Positions 42,019 through 54,000 of a DNA stretch of 64,000 bases are shown here, in pieces. The position numbers were made by a program, and so were the translations under genes. How positions within the stretch are numbered: the stretch's first letter is position 1; each line of letters begins with the position of its first letter. The notes beneath the pieces are model-generated. The model was not told the origin of the DNA, did no database searches, and worked only from the letters and a program-made list of their open reading frames with translations. Origin of the DNA: Diplonema japonicum (Eukaryota > Protista > Euglenozoa: Diplonemea); NCBI GenBank assembly GCA_964019335.1, contig OZ025688.1, forward strand, positions 124,001 to 188,000. Reading direction: 5' to 3'.

Positions 42019-44865
42019 ATGGATGGCTTGATAGCATCGCAGATAACGGGCATCCAGCAGGATGCCGACAAGATCAGAAACTTCTGCATGCTTGCGCATG
42101 TGGACCATGGGAAGACCACATTGTCGGATGTGTTGATCTCGTCGAATGGGTTAATCTCGTCGGCGCTAGCAGGAAAGGTGAGGTACTTGGACTGCAGGGA
42201 AGACGAACAAGAGAAACTGATCACGATGAAAGCGAGCACCATCGCTTTGAAACACGTGCACGAAGACGTCCCGCACGTTCTGAACCTCATCGACTCCCCC
42301 GGCCACGTCGACTTCTCATGTGAAGTGTCAACAGCTGTGAGGCTTAGCGACGGTGCATTCCTGCTTGTCGACGCAATCGACGGTGTTGCCACACAAACAA
42401 GGGCGGTTCTACAGCAAGCCTACAGGGAAAAGGTGAAATGCTGTCTCGTCATCAATAAAATCGACCTCCTGGTGACCACCATGAACCAAGACCCCGTCAC
42501 CGCATACCAAACGCTCTCGAACATCATTCAAGACGCAAACGTCCTCATGGCTTCCTTCGCCAATGCGGACGCCATCACTGGCGAGCAGCTGCAGGAGAAG
42601 ACCATCGGTGTCGACGGCCTCGATGACGACAAGGAAGACGGCTGGTTTGAGCCGTCCAAGGGAAACGTTATCTTCGCGTCCTCCGTCGACGGGTGGGGCT
42701 TCACGACACGCGACTTTGCAAAAATCTACTCCGCCAAGCTAGGGTGGTCCGTCAATGCACTGACCAAGGCCCTCTGGGGTGAATGGTTCCTCGACATGAA
42801 AAATAAAAAACTCCTCCCCACACCCAAACCGGGTATGCAGCCCATGTGCGTGAAGTTCATCTTGCAACAAATATGGAAGGTGTACAGCGCTGCCGAAGTG
42901 GAGAATGCTGACGAGAGACTTGCAAAGCTTCTCAAAGTAACAGATGCTCTTGGGTTAAGGGTGAAGGAGAATGTGTTGAAGAAAAAAGATCCCCGCTCTG
43001 CAGTGGCTGCGGTGATGAACGCATGGCTGCCGTTGTCCAAGTCGGTACTCGATGCTGCGGTGACACAGCTGCCGTCACCTGAGCGGGCGCAAGCGTACCG
43101 CATGACAAGACTGGCTCCAGACCTGCAGCTCATTGCAAACCGCGAAGCCCGCGAGACAATTGAACAAGGTCTGACCGTGTGCAACAAGAAGGGCGACATC
43201 ATGATTTACATCGCGAAGATGCTAGATGTGGAGTGCCTCCCGGGTACCGCTCTGCAGGCGGGCAACGTGGAGGTCGACGCAGACAGCGAGGACAGCACCG
43301 CAGCCTTCGTCGGTGTGTCGCGCATCTTCTCCGGAACGATTCGCAAAGGGATGACAGTCTACGTGATGGAACCGAAGCACAAACCAGGCGGTGAAGACAC
43401 CATCAAACCAGTGATTGTGGAGCAGCTGTTCCTCCTCATGGGGAGGGGGCTTGCCCCTGTCGACGAGGTCCCCGCTGGTTCGATCTTCGGGATCGGGGGT
43501 CTCGGGAAAACCGTTTTGAAATCCGCAACCTTGTCAAACAGAAAGGACGCGTGTGGGTTCTCGCAAATGGTGTTTCAATCGGCGGCGGTCATCAGAATGT
43601 CTGTCGAGCCGAAGATACCTTCTGACCTTGAGCGATTGAAGGTGGGGCTTGCCTTGCTCAACAAAGCAGACCCTCAAGTGGAGGTGTCCTACGCAGAGTC
43701 AGGCGAGCACGTCATTGCAACCGCAGGTGAAGTTCACGCAGAACGGTGCATCAGAGACCTGGTGACGAGATACGCGAAGGTTGAACTGAACGTGTCGGAA
43801 CCACTTGTGTCGTTCAAGGAAACAGTAGTGGTGGCAGAGCATAAGAAGGCGACGGTCATCACCTCCGCCAACAAGCAGTTCACGATCGCGGTAAAGGCAC
43901 ACGACGTGCCTGCAAGCATCGTGAAGTGCATCGAGGACAACGAAGCAGATCTCCGCAGGGCGATGGAGATCACAGACCCCTCACAACTATCGGAGAGCAG
44001 CTTGAAAGCCCTCAACGAACTAAAAGAAGCCTTCGAAGAAGAAAAATGGACAAAATACTGGGGAAGCCTATGGGCGATGGGACCACGACATCTCGGATCG
44101 TGCATGCTCCTCTCAGACGCCAAAGGCGACGACAGGTTCAAAGGACCGACCGAACAATGGAACAAATCCATGATAGCCATGGGTATGGAAGCCAACGAGG
44201 AAGATGACGCCGACACAAGACTGGTTAAAGACAGCATTGTAGCGGGGTTTCAAATGGCTGCAGACAAGGGGCCTCTTTGCGACGAGCCGATGATGGGGGT
44301 AGCCTTTGTCATTGAAAGCATAACAGAAGAGGAAGTTGAGACGAAGGACAATGTGTACGGGCCATTGAGCGGGCAATTGATGTCGTCAATGTATTCAGGT
44401 TGCAGGCAGGCGTTCTTGGCAGAGGGGAAACGCCTGGTGGAGCCTGTCTATGAGTGCAACATCCTGGCTTCAAACCTGTGCCATGGGAAAGTCTATGAAG
44501 TACTGAAGAAGCGCCGTGCAGAGATAGTCGACAACATCCCGCAGGAAGGTACTGATGGCTTCACAGTCATCTCTTACCTACCTGTCCCAGAGAGCTTTGG
44601 TTTGGCTGATGAATTGCGCATCAAGACTTCTGGCCATGCAACTCCAAATCTCGTCTTCTCGCACTGGTCCATCATCGACGCCGATCCTTTCTTCGAGCGC
44701 CGTACAGAAGATGAGATCGAGGATCTAGACGAGACCGATGTTGCTCTCATCTCCAACGTTCCTCGCACGCTTATCAACAAAGTAAGAAAGAGGAAGGGTC
44801 TGCACGTTGAGGAACAGGCTGTCCAAAAGGCTGAAAAGATGAAGTATTCCACACGAGGAGGATAA
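42019..44865 (+). CDS. EFL1: Elongation factor-like GTPase 1 (Ria1/EFL1), 60S maturation
   Basis: AHVDHGKTT, ITMKAS, LIDSPGHVDFSCEVS, NKID, GEVHAERCIRDL, GPLCDEPM, and C-terminal RKRKGLHVEEQAVQKAEKM. Lacks the eEF2 diphthamide motif. Confidence 0.93.
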   Translation: MDGLIASQITGIQQDADKIRNFCMLAHVDHGKTTLSDVLISSNGLISSALAGKVRYLDCREDEQEKLITMKASTIALKHVHEDVPHVLNLIDSPGHVDFSCEVSTAVRLSDGAFLLVDAIDGVATQTRAVLQQAYREKVKCCLVINKIDLLVTTMNQDPVTAYQTLSNIIQDANVLMASFANADAITGEQLQEKTIGVDGLDDDKEDGWFEPSKGNVIFASSVDGWGFTTRDFAKIYSAKLGWSVNALTKALWGEWFLDMKNKKLLPTPKPGMQPMCVKFILQQIWKVYSAAEVENADERLAKLLKVTDALGLRVKENVLKKKDPRSAVAAVMNAWLPLSKSVLDAAVTQLPSPERAQAYRMTRLAPDLQLIANREARETIEQGLTVCNKKGDIMIYIAKMLDVECLPGTALQAGNVEVDADSEDSTAAFVGVSRIFSGTIRKGMTVYVMEPKHKPGGEDTIKPVIVEQLFLLMGRGLAPVDEVPAGSIFGIGGLGKTVLKSATLSNRKDACGFSQMVFQSAAVIRMSVEPKIPSDLERLKVGLALLNKADPQVEVSYAESGEHVIATAGEVHAERCIRDLVTRYAKVELNVSEPLVSFKETVVVAEHKKATVITSANKQFTIAVKAHDVPASIVKCIEDNEADLRRAMEITDPSQLSESSLKALNELKEAFEEEKWTKYWGSLWAMGPRHLGSCMLLSDAKGDDRFKGPTEQWNKSMIAMGMEANEEDDADTRLVKDSIVAGFQMAADKGPLCDEPMMGVAFVIESITEEEVETKDNVYGPLSGQLMSSMYSGCRQAFLAEGKRLVEPVYECNILASNLCHGKVYEVLKKRRAEIVDNIPQEGTDGFTVISYLPVPESFGLADELRIKTSGHATPNLVFSHWSIIDADPFFERRTEDEIEDLDETDVALISNVPRTLINKVRKRKGLHVEEQAVQKAEKMKYSTRGG

Positions 44866-45232
44866 GCAAGGGATGGGGTGAAAAAGGGGGGGGGGGGGGG
44901 GGGGGCATAACCAGACAACGTTGGGAAAATTTACTTACCTAACCAATTATTTTTATATATCCAAGCGTTGTTTTTTTGTTGCGGAAAAAAAAAAAAAAAA
45001 AACATCTTTTTTAGTGTGTTTTTTTTGTTCTTTTTCTTTTTATTCCTCACCCTCCTTTTTCTTTCGTGATATCATTTCTAAAAAAAAAGATTTTATCCCC
45101 CCCCCCACCCCGTTTCAGTTAACCTCTTCTTTTTTTTTTTGGAAAAAAAGAAAGGAAATAAAAAAAAAAGAAGGAGGGAAGAAAAAAAAAAGAGAAAGAA
45201 AAAAAAAAAGAAAAAAAAAGAGCGATGCCAAG

Positions 45233-45916
45233 ATGTCGCTGGGCAGCGTGGTAATTTCGAATGAAGTGCTTCAAGATAAATGGTACTTGGAAAGGTATGC
45301 CCACGTGAAGTGTTCGTTCCGCCTTATGGGGGAGGAAGGGACTGGGGCTACTGCGGGAAAGAGGAGGATGAAAGAGGCAAAGGCCGCTGTACGAAAAATG
45401 AGTGAAACTCTGCTGGAAAACGTGAAATTGTTCAAACTGGAAGGAAGCCCGGGCGGGGTTGCCGGCATGTTGGACACTTTAAAAAAGGGAGAAAGAGTGG
45501 TAAGTGACGACGAAATCCACTACGTCCAGATTGAAGCAAAGGCCCATCCCAACCCTCTGAAAACATGGTATGCCTTGGAGCACCCTGAAAAGTTGCAAAC
45601 CCCTGTTGTGTCAGACACCTTAACACAAGTCTTGAAGCACTTCCCGCCGCTTCTTTCACGTACTGACATAGCTTCCATCATGAAGATTCTGAATGAAGGT
45701 TCTCCGCCCTCTTCTGATGAGGTTGATTACGTTCTCAGCATTCTGAACTACGATGCGACGGATCCAACCAGAGTCTCCTTCACACACAAACAGGCTGCCC
45801 CTATCATCTCCATCTGGTACACGTCTTGCGCCGTTGAAATCCCAGACGGAACCCTCGGGGAGGAAGACGCGCATTGTTGCCTTCAAGAAGACAATGTTGT
45901 GTGCTGTGTACTGTAG
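45233..45916 (+). CDS. Degenerate EF-hand-like protein with C-terminal CaaX box (CCVL)
   Basis: LNEGSPPSSDEVDYVL...AAPIISIWY resembles protist calmodulin-like tails; ends HCCLQEDNVVCCVL*. Confidence 0.7.
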   Translation: MSLGSVVISNEVLQDKWYLERYAHVKCSFRLMGEEGTGATAGKRRMKEAKAAVRKMSETLLENVKLFKLEGSPGGVAGMLDTLKKGERVVSDDEIHYVQIEAKAHPNPLKTWYALEHPEKLQTPVVSDTLTQVLKHFPPLLSRTDIASIMKILNEGSPPSSDEVDYVLSILNYDATDPTRVSFTHKQAAPIISIWYTSCAVEIPDGTLGEEDAHCCLQEDNVVCCVL

Positions 45917-46162
45917 AAAGAAAAATGAAACCCCCCCCCCCCCGCACAAACAAAAATGAAGCGTTTCCTTGACTTTCTTCCGTCTGTCAGGTTCCCCCCT
46001 TTTTTTTTTTGCTTCCCTCTTCCTGTTTTATGTATTCTTTTTTTTTTCCCCCCCTTCCCCTTTAGTCTTTTCTTGTTCCGGATCTAAAAAAAAAAGAAGA
46101 AAAAAAAAACAGGAGGGGAAAACGAAAGAATAAGTACACAAATGCACGAGTAAGAAAGAAAA

Positions 46163-46194
<32 letters not shown>

Positions 46195-47208
46195 ATGCCA
46201 TGGAAACTAAGGCTGTTCCCTGTCATCACAGGTCTGGCACTGTACTGTGCCGTGGTGTTAATGGTGTACATAAGGCTGTTCATGGGAGCGAAGGGGGAGG
46301 TGTGGGATGTCTCCTGCAAGGGGGCGACGTGCAACGGCTGCCCAGACGGGGTGATCGAAAAGCTCCCGGTGTGCATCATCACGGGCAGCTTCCAGGTCGC
46401 GATATCCATGCTTCACGTGGCCCTCATGGTGCTGTACCCTCCTAACCCAATAGTACACATGACAATAGGCGTTGTGGGTGTAGGGTGTTTGATCGGCGCT
46501 GGCTGCGAGGTGATGTTCTTAAAACAAGAAATCGAAAAAAGCTGCGACTTTGGTGTTCGAATCTTCAAGCCGGTGTCTCACGCCTTGTACAGTGTTCTTA
46601 TAGGCCCGAGCTGCGCTGGGGTGTTGTTTGGAGTCTGGCCGTTCAGTTTGAGAAGTTCCCAAGTTGTCAAAACAGCTCCTGTTACCGATGAAGAAATTGT
46701 AGTTGTCACCATGGGTGGCGGTGGTCGGGACCTACAAGTTGCGACAAGAAAGGTAGAACTGCCAGTAGCCGAGCGTGATTTAGGAACAAGGCTTGAAGGC
46801 CTCGTCGCAACACTCGTCGGTGCCATCCTCGCCAGACAGTGTGCTGTGAGCCTCGCCACCCAGTCTGACTACTGGGAAGTCCCTTTTATTTCCCGCATCA
46901 TGGAAGTCAGGCACCGGCCCATACCGTTCGTTTCCCCACAGAAAAGGCAGATTATCGCCTCGATTGCTGCGTCAGTGTCTCGAGAGGAGGTTGCAACCCC
47001 CGAGAGTGCTGTGTCATCCTTGCCCCTTCCTATCCCTCTAGCCATGGATCCCGATCTCCCCACGTTCGGGCCAAACCCCCTGTCCTCCCCTACTGGCGGG
47101 CCTTTGACAGGAACAGAGGGGTCGCTTAAAAAATCCCGGAAAAAAAGCAAGAAGGAAAAAGTGAAGAAAAAGCATAAAAAACATAAGAAAAATCGGAATG
47201 AGAAGTAA
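46195..47208 (+). CDS. Uncharacterised 4-TM membrane protein with Lys-rich tail
   Basis: Four hydrophobic segments with Cys-containing loops; ATG after an A-run. Confidence 0.8.
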   Translation: MPWKLRLFPVITGLALYCAVVLMVYIRLFMGAKGEVWDVSCKGATCNGCPDGVIEKLPVCIITGSFQVAISMLHVALMVLYPPNPIVHMTIGVVGVGCLIGAGCEVMFLKQEIEKSCDFGVRIFKPVSHALYSVLIGPSCAGVLFGVWPFSLRSSQVVKTAPVTDEEIVVVTMGGGGRDLQVATRKVELPVAERDLGTRLEGLVATLVGAILARQCAVSLATQSDYWEVPFISRIMEVRHRPIPFVSPQKRQIIASIAASVSREEVATPESAVSSLPLPIPLAMDPDLPTFGPNPLSSPTGGPLTGTEGSLKKSRKKSKKEKVKKKHKKHKKNRNEK

Positions 47209-47421
47209 AAAAAAAAAAAAAAAAAAAAAAATGAAGGGAAAGGGGAAAAACTTTTTTTTTTCCTCTGTTCCCTTCCAATCTGTAATTTGTACCTGTGTTA
47301 GTCTTTAAAAAAAAAAAAAAATAGACCTATCTTTTTTTTTTTTTTATTATTATTGAGTTTGCACTCCTCCCTGCTTTCTGACATCAAAAGGCAAGAAAAA
47401 AAAAAAGAAGAAAAAAACGAA

Positions 47422-48969
47422 ATGTCAACATGGGCGGACCTCTTGAAGGAAGTCGAAGAAAAGGCAGCGAAGAGAGAAGGCGATGATGAAGACGTTGTAC
47501 GACACGAGTCTGAAGGCTGGATTGGGTTGGAACAAGCGTTGAGGAAGCTCCAAGTAGAAGACGGCGGGGCGATGGGCCCGTACATGCCAGGCGAGCAAAA
47601 GGGAGGCGGCAACAACGAGCTGACCGACGAGACCGCGACAAAAATCTTAGAAAAAGTGAAGTGTCTTGCAGCACACAACAACAGATTTGTAAGAGAAGCT
47701 GTCTACGGTATCATCGAAGTCATCCTGAAACACTCCGATATCACCCACGGAGACACCCTTGCAACCATCACATCTGGCCTCACAGACAACTGGTCTCAAG
47801 TAAGATACCGTGCAACACATTCCATGAAAGCATACCTCGCAAAACACACGAAACCCGAAATATACCCGTTGATCCTTCCAAGGCTCTGCCTCAACAGGTA
47901 CTATATAGCTGAGGGCGTCAGGCTAGAAACCCAACGATTATGGGTGAAAGTTTGCGGTGATCGAGGTATCCAATTAGTATCCGAACACCTCCCTTATTTT
48001 GTAGCGTACTATGCTGCTCAAGTGAAGGAGAAGAACCATGCTGTTCGTGAAGCTGCGTGCCACTGTATCGCAGAGCTTGTCAGCAAGGTTCCCGGTGTTG
48101 AACCACACATTGAAACCCTTTTGAAGCTAATCGATGAAGCGTGTGATGACCCGTCATGGCCTGTCAGGGACATCGCATGTGTGTCGTCATCGAAGATAGT
48201 CCTGAAATACCCAGAGTGCTGTCAATCCAAGCTCCCTGCTATTTACAAAAGGTTTCTTTATCAAGCGGAAGATCCGATACCTTCCGTGCGGAAGCACGCG
48301 GGTGAAGCGCTTGCCAACTATGCCAAAATCAACAACGGGTGCAGGGTGCAGGTTGTTGATGACGTTTCCAAAATGCTGAAACGGATCTTCACGCAACCCG
48401 AAACATCCGTCTCAGCAACCGATCTCAGCAACGTCACGCAATTCGGCGTCGCAAAACGTGTACACGACAACGATGTTGAGGTGCACACGAACGGTGGTAT
48501 GTTCAGCTGTGGATCGCTTGCTCCAGGCCCTTCCACCGCAAGGGTCCTTGGCGGGTGCAGCGGTGGACATGGTGTTGCCCGAACGGGTCTTGACCCATGG
48601 TTCGCAACTGACAGTGCCGTCCACACAATACGGTTTATGACAGATCTTAATTTGAAAACCGATGGTCTTCTTGATGGAGTGGTTCCTACCTTGCAGGTTA
48701 AGACATTCATCCACTATCCTCAGTACTGGCAGACCGTCTGGACATCCGTTCCCACCATTGTGAGAAACATTGGGAAGCGTGCTGTCACCGAATGGGTCAA
48801 CACTGTCCTCCCCGATTTGTTCACGTGCTTGCAGTGCGACAACAAGCTCGCCAGCACAGCCGCCGCGGATTGTATCATCGCGCTCCGCAAGCTTTATGGA
48901 GACACGGTGTGGGAGGGCAAGCTGTCCGTTGAACAACGTGCCTTCATGAAGCACAGTCTGCTGCAGTAG
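47422..48969 (+). CDS. HEAT-repeat protein
   Basis: Repeated D/N-x-x-x-x-VR motifs (NRFVRE, DNWSQVR, NHAVRE, DPSWPVR, DPIPSVR). Confidence 0.87.
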   Translation: MSTWADLLKEVEEKAAKREGDDEDVVRHESEGWIGLEQALRKLQVEDGGAMGPYMPGEQKGGGNNELTDETATKILEKVKCLAAHNNRFVREAVYGIIEVILKHSDITHGDTLATITSGLTDNWSQVRYRATHSMKAYLAKHTKPEIYPLILPRLCLNRYYIAEGVRLETQRLWVKVCGDRGIQLVSEHLPYFVAYYAAQVKEKNHAVREAACHCIAELVSKVPGVEPHIETLLKLIDEACDDPSWPVRDIACVSSSKIVLKYPECCQSKLPAIYKRFLYQAEDPIPSVRKHAGEALANYAKINNGCRVQVVDDVSKMLKRIFTQPETSVSATDLSNVTQFGVAKRVHDNDVEVHTNGGMFSCGSLAPGPSTARVLGGCSGGHGVARTGLDPWFATDSAVHTIRFMTDLNLKTDGLLDGVVPTLQVKTFIHYPQYWQTVWTSVPTIVRNIGKRAVTEWVNTVLPDLFTCLQCDNKLASTAAADCIIALRKLYGDTVWEGKLSVEQRAFMKHSLLQ

Positions 48970-49028
48970 ATCCTTCTTTCTTAAAAAAAATGCCTCCTTC
49001 CATTTTTTTATCTCATACAGGAAGCAAC

Positions 49029-50351
49029 ATGGATGCCTCCTCAGGGTTGGTTGCTTTGACGGTGCTGCTGCCGATCATGACGGTGATCGGTTTCATAGTT
49101 GCTTGGAAGATAGGGTGGGACCTGCGCATGTTGTTTGGGATGTGGTCGTTTGTGTGGTTCGCGATAACGGTACTTGTGGTGCGGTGGTGTGAGTCGTGGC
49201 TGTCGGTGACGTCATTGCCCGGGGTGTGCTTCATTGCAACGAGTTTGTTTGTGAACGTGGTGCTGCGGCAACCGTTGGGAGAGGTAATTGTACAGCCTCG
49301 CGACAGCGACCACCCTGCAAAGGAGATGGACGAATTACTAACAGCCATCAAAGGTTTCATGGGCGCAATGGGCGAAGCAGAAGTCGACGATTTCAGCTGT
49401 TACGACAGCTCAGAACCAGACACACCTACAGCAACCGCCACGTCTCCCATAAACACGGCGAAACCAAGAACATTAGTCTCCTCCCCTACCAATGTAACCG
49501 GCGTAGCAAGGGGAGCGTCAGTGGAACCCGCATCACCGATCTTAAACAATGACGACACCTTACAGCAAACATCGGGCATTCACAAACTGACCCCGGCGCA
49601 CCATAAGGCGCACAAACAGCTGAAGAAGGTTATTGCAGACATTCTTCCTTTGAACGATGTCAATGTGATCTCTGACGACGATGCACTGTACAGATTCCTC
49701 ATAGCAAGAAAACTCTGTGTTGGGGAAGCGGAGAAGATGATAAGGTACACAATGAAGTGGAGGGAGCAAGAGAACATCAACAAGATAAACGAGATCGCCT
49801 GCAAGAAATTCAAGGATATCAACATGTACATGAACTGTGCTGTGTACGGTGCCGACAACGATGGCCATCCTATTCTGTGGCAGATCCCGGACACAAAGTC
49901 CGTCACGCGGTTGATGAATGACCACGGTCAAGACGGGGCTATCCTCCTCAACACGTACGTGGTCGAACGCATGCGTGAGGTTGCTAAGCAGGTCAACAGC
50001 GATCGCTTCACCGTTGTCTTGAACCTCGTCGAAACTGGGTCCTCTGTGTTCTACGGAGAAGTCGGGCAAGTCGTCCGCGACCAGATGAAATCAACGCAGC
50101 TAGTGTACCCCGAATGCATGAGGAGGTGTATTATTTACAAGCCCCCTTGGATTTTCGCGAAACTGTACTCTCTTGTAAAGGGTCTTCTCGACGAACGGGT
50201 GCAGGAGAAGGTCAAGGTGGGCGACAAGTACGTCGAGGAGTTGATCCCGAGGAGGAGCACCCCTGTTGAATTCGGCGGGACTGCGAAAGTTAAATGGGAA
50301 CGTATACAGATGAAGATGATCCCTGGTCCGTACCCGCGTTTGAAAGGTTGA
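49029..50351 (+). CDS. CRAL-TRIO (Sec14-like) lipid-binding protein with N-terminal TM segments
   Basis: DDALYRFLIARK..AEKMI...KWR, GADNDGHPI, YPECMRRCIIYKPPWIF, PVEFGG. Confidence 0.88.
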   Translation: MDASSGLVALTVLLPIMTVIGFIVAWKIGWDLRMLFGMWSFVWFAITVLVVRWCESWLSVTSLPGVCFIATSLFVNVVLRQPLGEVIVQPRDSDHPAKEMDELLTAIKGFMGAMGEAEVDDFSCYDSSEPDTPTATATSPINTAKPRTLVSSPTNVTGVARGASVEPASPILNNDDTLQQTSGIHKLTPAHHKAHKQLKKVIADILPLNDVNVISDDDALYRFLIARKLCVGEAEKMIRYTMKWREQENINKINEIACKKFKDINMYMNCAVYGADNDGHPILWQIPDTKSVTRLMNDHGQDGAILLNTYVVERMREVAKQVNSDRFTVVLNLVETGSSVFYGEVGQVVRDQMKSTQLVYPECMRRCIIYKPPWIFAKLYSLVKGLLDERVQEKVKVGDKYVEELIPRRSTPVEFGGTAKVKWERIQMKMIPGPYPRLKG

Positions 50352-50547
50352 AACACCTTACACGCCCCTCCCCCCCTTCTGTTTGTCTAATAGATGTTGG
50401 CTTTTTTTTTTTTTTTTTTTTTTTTTTGTTCTTTTGAGACCGCGGAAAGGGAAAAAGAAAATTTTCGTTTTTTTTTCTCTTTTTTTTCTGTCACCGCAAA
50501 AAAAAAAAAAAAAAAAAAAAGAGGGGAGAGAGAGAGGGGGGGAAAAG

Positions 50548-51645
50548 ATGGAGATCTTATGGGAGGCTATTCCCATCGATGCTCTCATCTTGTTCGCCAG
50601 TCTGGTTGTCTACGGCACGGTGGGCTGGGTGTTCCTGCATTTGGTTTTCTCGACGCACCTGAAGAGCGCACTGTGCCAGATGGTCTTCTGTGTCACCTTC
50701 GCAGTGGGGCTTTGCTTGTTCCAGTTGGTAATATTCGAGATCCTGGGCGTGCTCGACGTGGGGAGCAGGTGGTGGGCATGGAAAATCTGCTTGCTATACA
50801 TGATAGTGGACTTGGTGGTGATCATGCCGTTTGTGTGCTTTTGGAGTTTTATTTACGATTTATCGCTGACCGGTGTGAAGGGCTTCATGGGGGCGGTTGC
50901 AATGCTAGCTGGATATGTTTATTGGTTTCTGCAAATCACACCGATGGCTGTAGAAGCACAGCACGCTTTGGACTTTTCATCCATGGCGGGTGCTGTTGAC
51001 GAAACAGCTCTCGAGCTTGTGAACTCTGATATGTTTTCCTCCTGTTTGTCGAGAATCGGCATGATCGGTGTTTCTGTCATGGCGTTGTTGGCCGGTTTTG
51101 GTGCTGTTGCCACCCCACGGCAGTACCTTGCGTACATCAGAGCGAGAAACAGCAAAACCCCAACCATAAATTTCACCGAGGCCCAACAGAGGTTGGTTGT
51201 TACAATGGATGCATTGCTTCGAAAATGCAGGCAGGAAGCTATGTTATCGTTACGGTTGGCCTCTTCGGAAGCATCGTCCTCCCCATTAGGATGGGTTACG
51301 TCATTGTTCTCTTCAGCATCTTTGAAGGGCGATGAGAGCCAGTTAAATGTCGTGAAGAAAGAGGTCTCTGCTTTGGAAAAAGTTGCTGCCGAACTGTACG
51401 AGCAGCTCAACGAGGTTCGGAGGTTTGTAAAAAAACTTTTTTCAAAAAAAAAAAAAAAAAAAAAATGACACAGCCTTGAAGAAGACATCCGATTCTCAAA
51501 AACCCCACGAGGGAAACTCTTCACGCTGCTGGGCTACATAATGTCCATTTACGCAGTTTACAAAACCACAATGGCTGCCATGTCAATTATTTTGGATCGT
51601 GTGGCGAAGGTGGATCCGATTACAAGGGTATTATTTGGGAAGGAG

Positions 51646-51682
<37 letters not shown>

Positions 51683-52125
51683 TTCTTGGGTGGGTTGGTG
51701 TCAACGTTGACTGTCTTTCTAAAGGCACGCAGGACGGATGCAGCGACATGGACCTAATGGCGTTACAATACGTTCAAATGATTTCTCTGCTCTTTTTGGG
51801 CATCATGATTATCTCCTCGGTCAGAGGCTTCCTGGTTGTTGTTCAGAAAGTGGTGCACATCTATTGCAAACGAGTATCCCCAAATACTATCTCCGTCCTT
51901 TTCGGGTACTTGCTAGGGGCTTACACTGTGAGCACTGTAATCCTCCTGCGCATGTCGTTGCCCAACACCTACCGTGCAATGCTAGACGAAGTTCTTGGCA
52001 AGATGAAGTTCACTTTCTTCCACAGATGGTTCGATGTTATCTTCCTGTTCAGCGTCTGCCTCTCTTATCTGGTGCTCTCCTCCTTTGATAAGACCAGGAA
52101 AGAACGGCTGCGGGACGTGCCTTGA
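50548..52125 (+). CDS. GPR89: Golgi pH regulator / GPCR-type G protein (GPR89/GTG family); introns 51423..51473 and 51628..51681
   Basis: LFQLVIFEILGVL, RIGMIGVSVMALLAGFGAV, FSKTPRGKLF..LGY, DPITR, SVRGFL, STVILLRMSLP, FFHRWFDVIFL. Exons join in frame. Confidence 0.9.
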
Positions 52126-52410
52126 AAAAAAAATTAAAAAAAAAAATCTTCTCTTTGTTTTAAAAAAAAGAAAATAGATGTACAGCAAAAAAAGAAGAAA
52201 CAAAAAAAAAAATCTTTTTTTTTTCCCCCTAACTTTTTTTTGATGAGAAAAAAAAAAAAAAAGAGTCTTATTCTGCCAAAAAAAAAAGTGTATGATGGCG
52301 GCTTTTTAGGCCTTTTTTTTTTTTTTTTTTTAATCGCTACCAAAATTCCCACCAGAACAAATAAACAAGGAGGGGGAGGTGGGCACACAAAAGAAGAAAA
52401 AAAAAAAAAA

Positions 52411-53709
52411 ATGGCGTACATGACAGACAGGGTGAAATGGGTGGCTGTGATGGGGTTGTTCAAAACCGCTGTTGGTACGGGTGTTTTGTCGATGCCCAAG
52501 GCGCTGGAGAGCACAGGCGTTGTTCTGTTCCCTCTCCTCATGTTGGGATTCTGCTTGATATCACAGTACGGCTGCCTGCTGGTTGCGAAAACATTGGACA
52601 TGATGGCTAGCATAGGGTACACAAACATGGACCCCTTAAAAGTCGCGGAATTTTCCGTAGGTGAAAAATGGGGAAAATGGACGACGCTGGCAATCGTGTT
52701 CCTGGACCCGTGGGGGTCCACCGCAGCATTTTTTATCACAACCGCCGATATACTGCTCCCAATATTCAGGGCCTTTTCGACGACGGGAGAGGACCCCTTT
52801 TCACAGTCAACGGTAATATGGGTGCTGGCGATTCTTGTTTTCCCGTTGATGCTGTATAAAGATATCAATGAGATCGCTTGGGTTAACCTGTTGGGAATTG
52901 CAACATTAGTTGCATTTGCGTTTGGGGTTTTAATCAACCTCCTCACCCACTACGAGGGCTTGGAAGGTGCGGTTCTGGGTGAAGCAGGACCTTCAGCAGT
53001 GGTGGCATTGACGGTAATCGCATTTGCGTACGATGGTTGTCAAATGAACATTTTCCCGTATTACAGGGACCTACCTCCAGTGAAGCCAGGATCGGGGTGT
53101 ACTAAAGGTGAAGCAGTGACACGCATAGCAGGAATAGCCAATTTCGGAGCATCATTGTGTTACATGCTCAACGCTTACATGGCCTTTGCGACTTACAGGG
53201 GACAGATTCAGAATGATGTTATGAACAATTTCTCGAATTCTGTGTTTTTTTTGACGTTGAAGCTTGTGTTTGCTTTCACGTTACTCCTCACTATTCCCAT
53301 TACCTTGTTCGAGTGTGGGAATGTGCTTAGAGAGCACGTTGTAGGTGATTCTGGTTTGACGAATATTATACTCAATGTAGCATTGATAGGTTCTGCTGCC
53401 GGTGTTGGGATTTATATCCCCAGTATGTACAAGGCCTTTGCATATGTGGGGGCTACTACTGCCACATTGTGGACCATGGTGCTTCCTCCGTTGTGGTTCA
53501 TAAACACAACCAACAAGATTTACCCCAGAGTGAGCTGGAAGCAATTGAACACTGAGGACTGCGAAGACCAGCCTCTTAACAAGAAAGCGGAACGTGAGAA
53601 GCTGCCCCCTCCTCCTTCGAACGCTGAGTTGCATGCTGCAGGGATTTTCATGTATGCAGGGTGCTTTGCGATGCCTATGTTTGTGTACATAACCAGTCTT
53701 TCTCAATGA
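52411..53709 (+). CDS. Amino acid transporter (AAAP/Aa_trans family)
   Basis: About 11 TM segments; KTAVGTGVLSMPKA, IAFAYDGCQMNIFPYY motifs. Confidence 0.88.
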   Translation: MAYMTDRVKWVAVMGLFKTAVGTGVLSMPKALESTGVVLFPLLMLGFCLISQYGCLLVAKTLDMMASIGYTNMDPLKVAEFSVGEKWGKWTTLAIVFLDPWGSTAAFFITTADILLPIFRAFSTTGEDPFSQSTVIWVLAILVFPLMLYKDINEIAWVNLLGIATLVAFAFGVLINLLTHYEGLEGAVLGEAGPSAVVALTVIAFAYDGCQMNIFPYYRDLPPVKPGSGCTKGEAVTRIAGIANFGASLCYMLNAYMAFATYRGQIQNDVMNNFSNSVFFLTLKLVFAFTLLLTIPITLFECGNVLREHVVGDSGLTNIILNVALIGSAAGVGIYIPSMYKAFAYVGATTATLWTMVLPPLWFINTTNKIYPRVSWKQLNTEDCEDQPLNKKAEREKLPPPPSNAELHAAGIFMYAGCFAMPMFVYITSLSQ

Positions 53710-53943
53710 ATGAGCTAGGAAAAAAAAAACAGAAAAAAAAAAGAAAAAAAAAGGAGAAAAAAAAGAAAAAAAAGCGCTGCGAAGGTTGTATCTCGTTTAC
53801 CTCCTTTTTAATTTATTTTTTGTTTCGTCTCGTGAGAATTTAATTGAAAGGGGGGGGGGGGAGGGAAAAAAAAAGAGTGAAGGGAACCCTCAAAGCCAGT
53901 TTTCATCCAGTCATATTGTATTTTCTCCGACGACTCGTGTATT

Positions 53944-54000
<57 letters not shown>
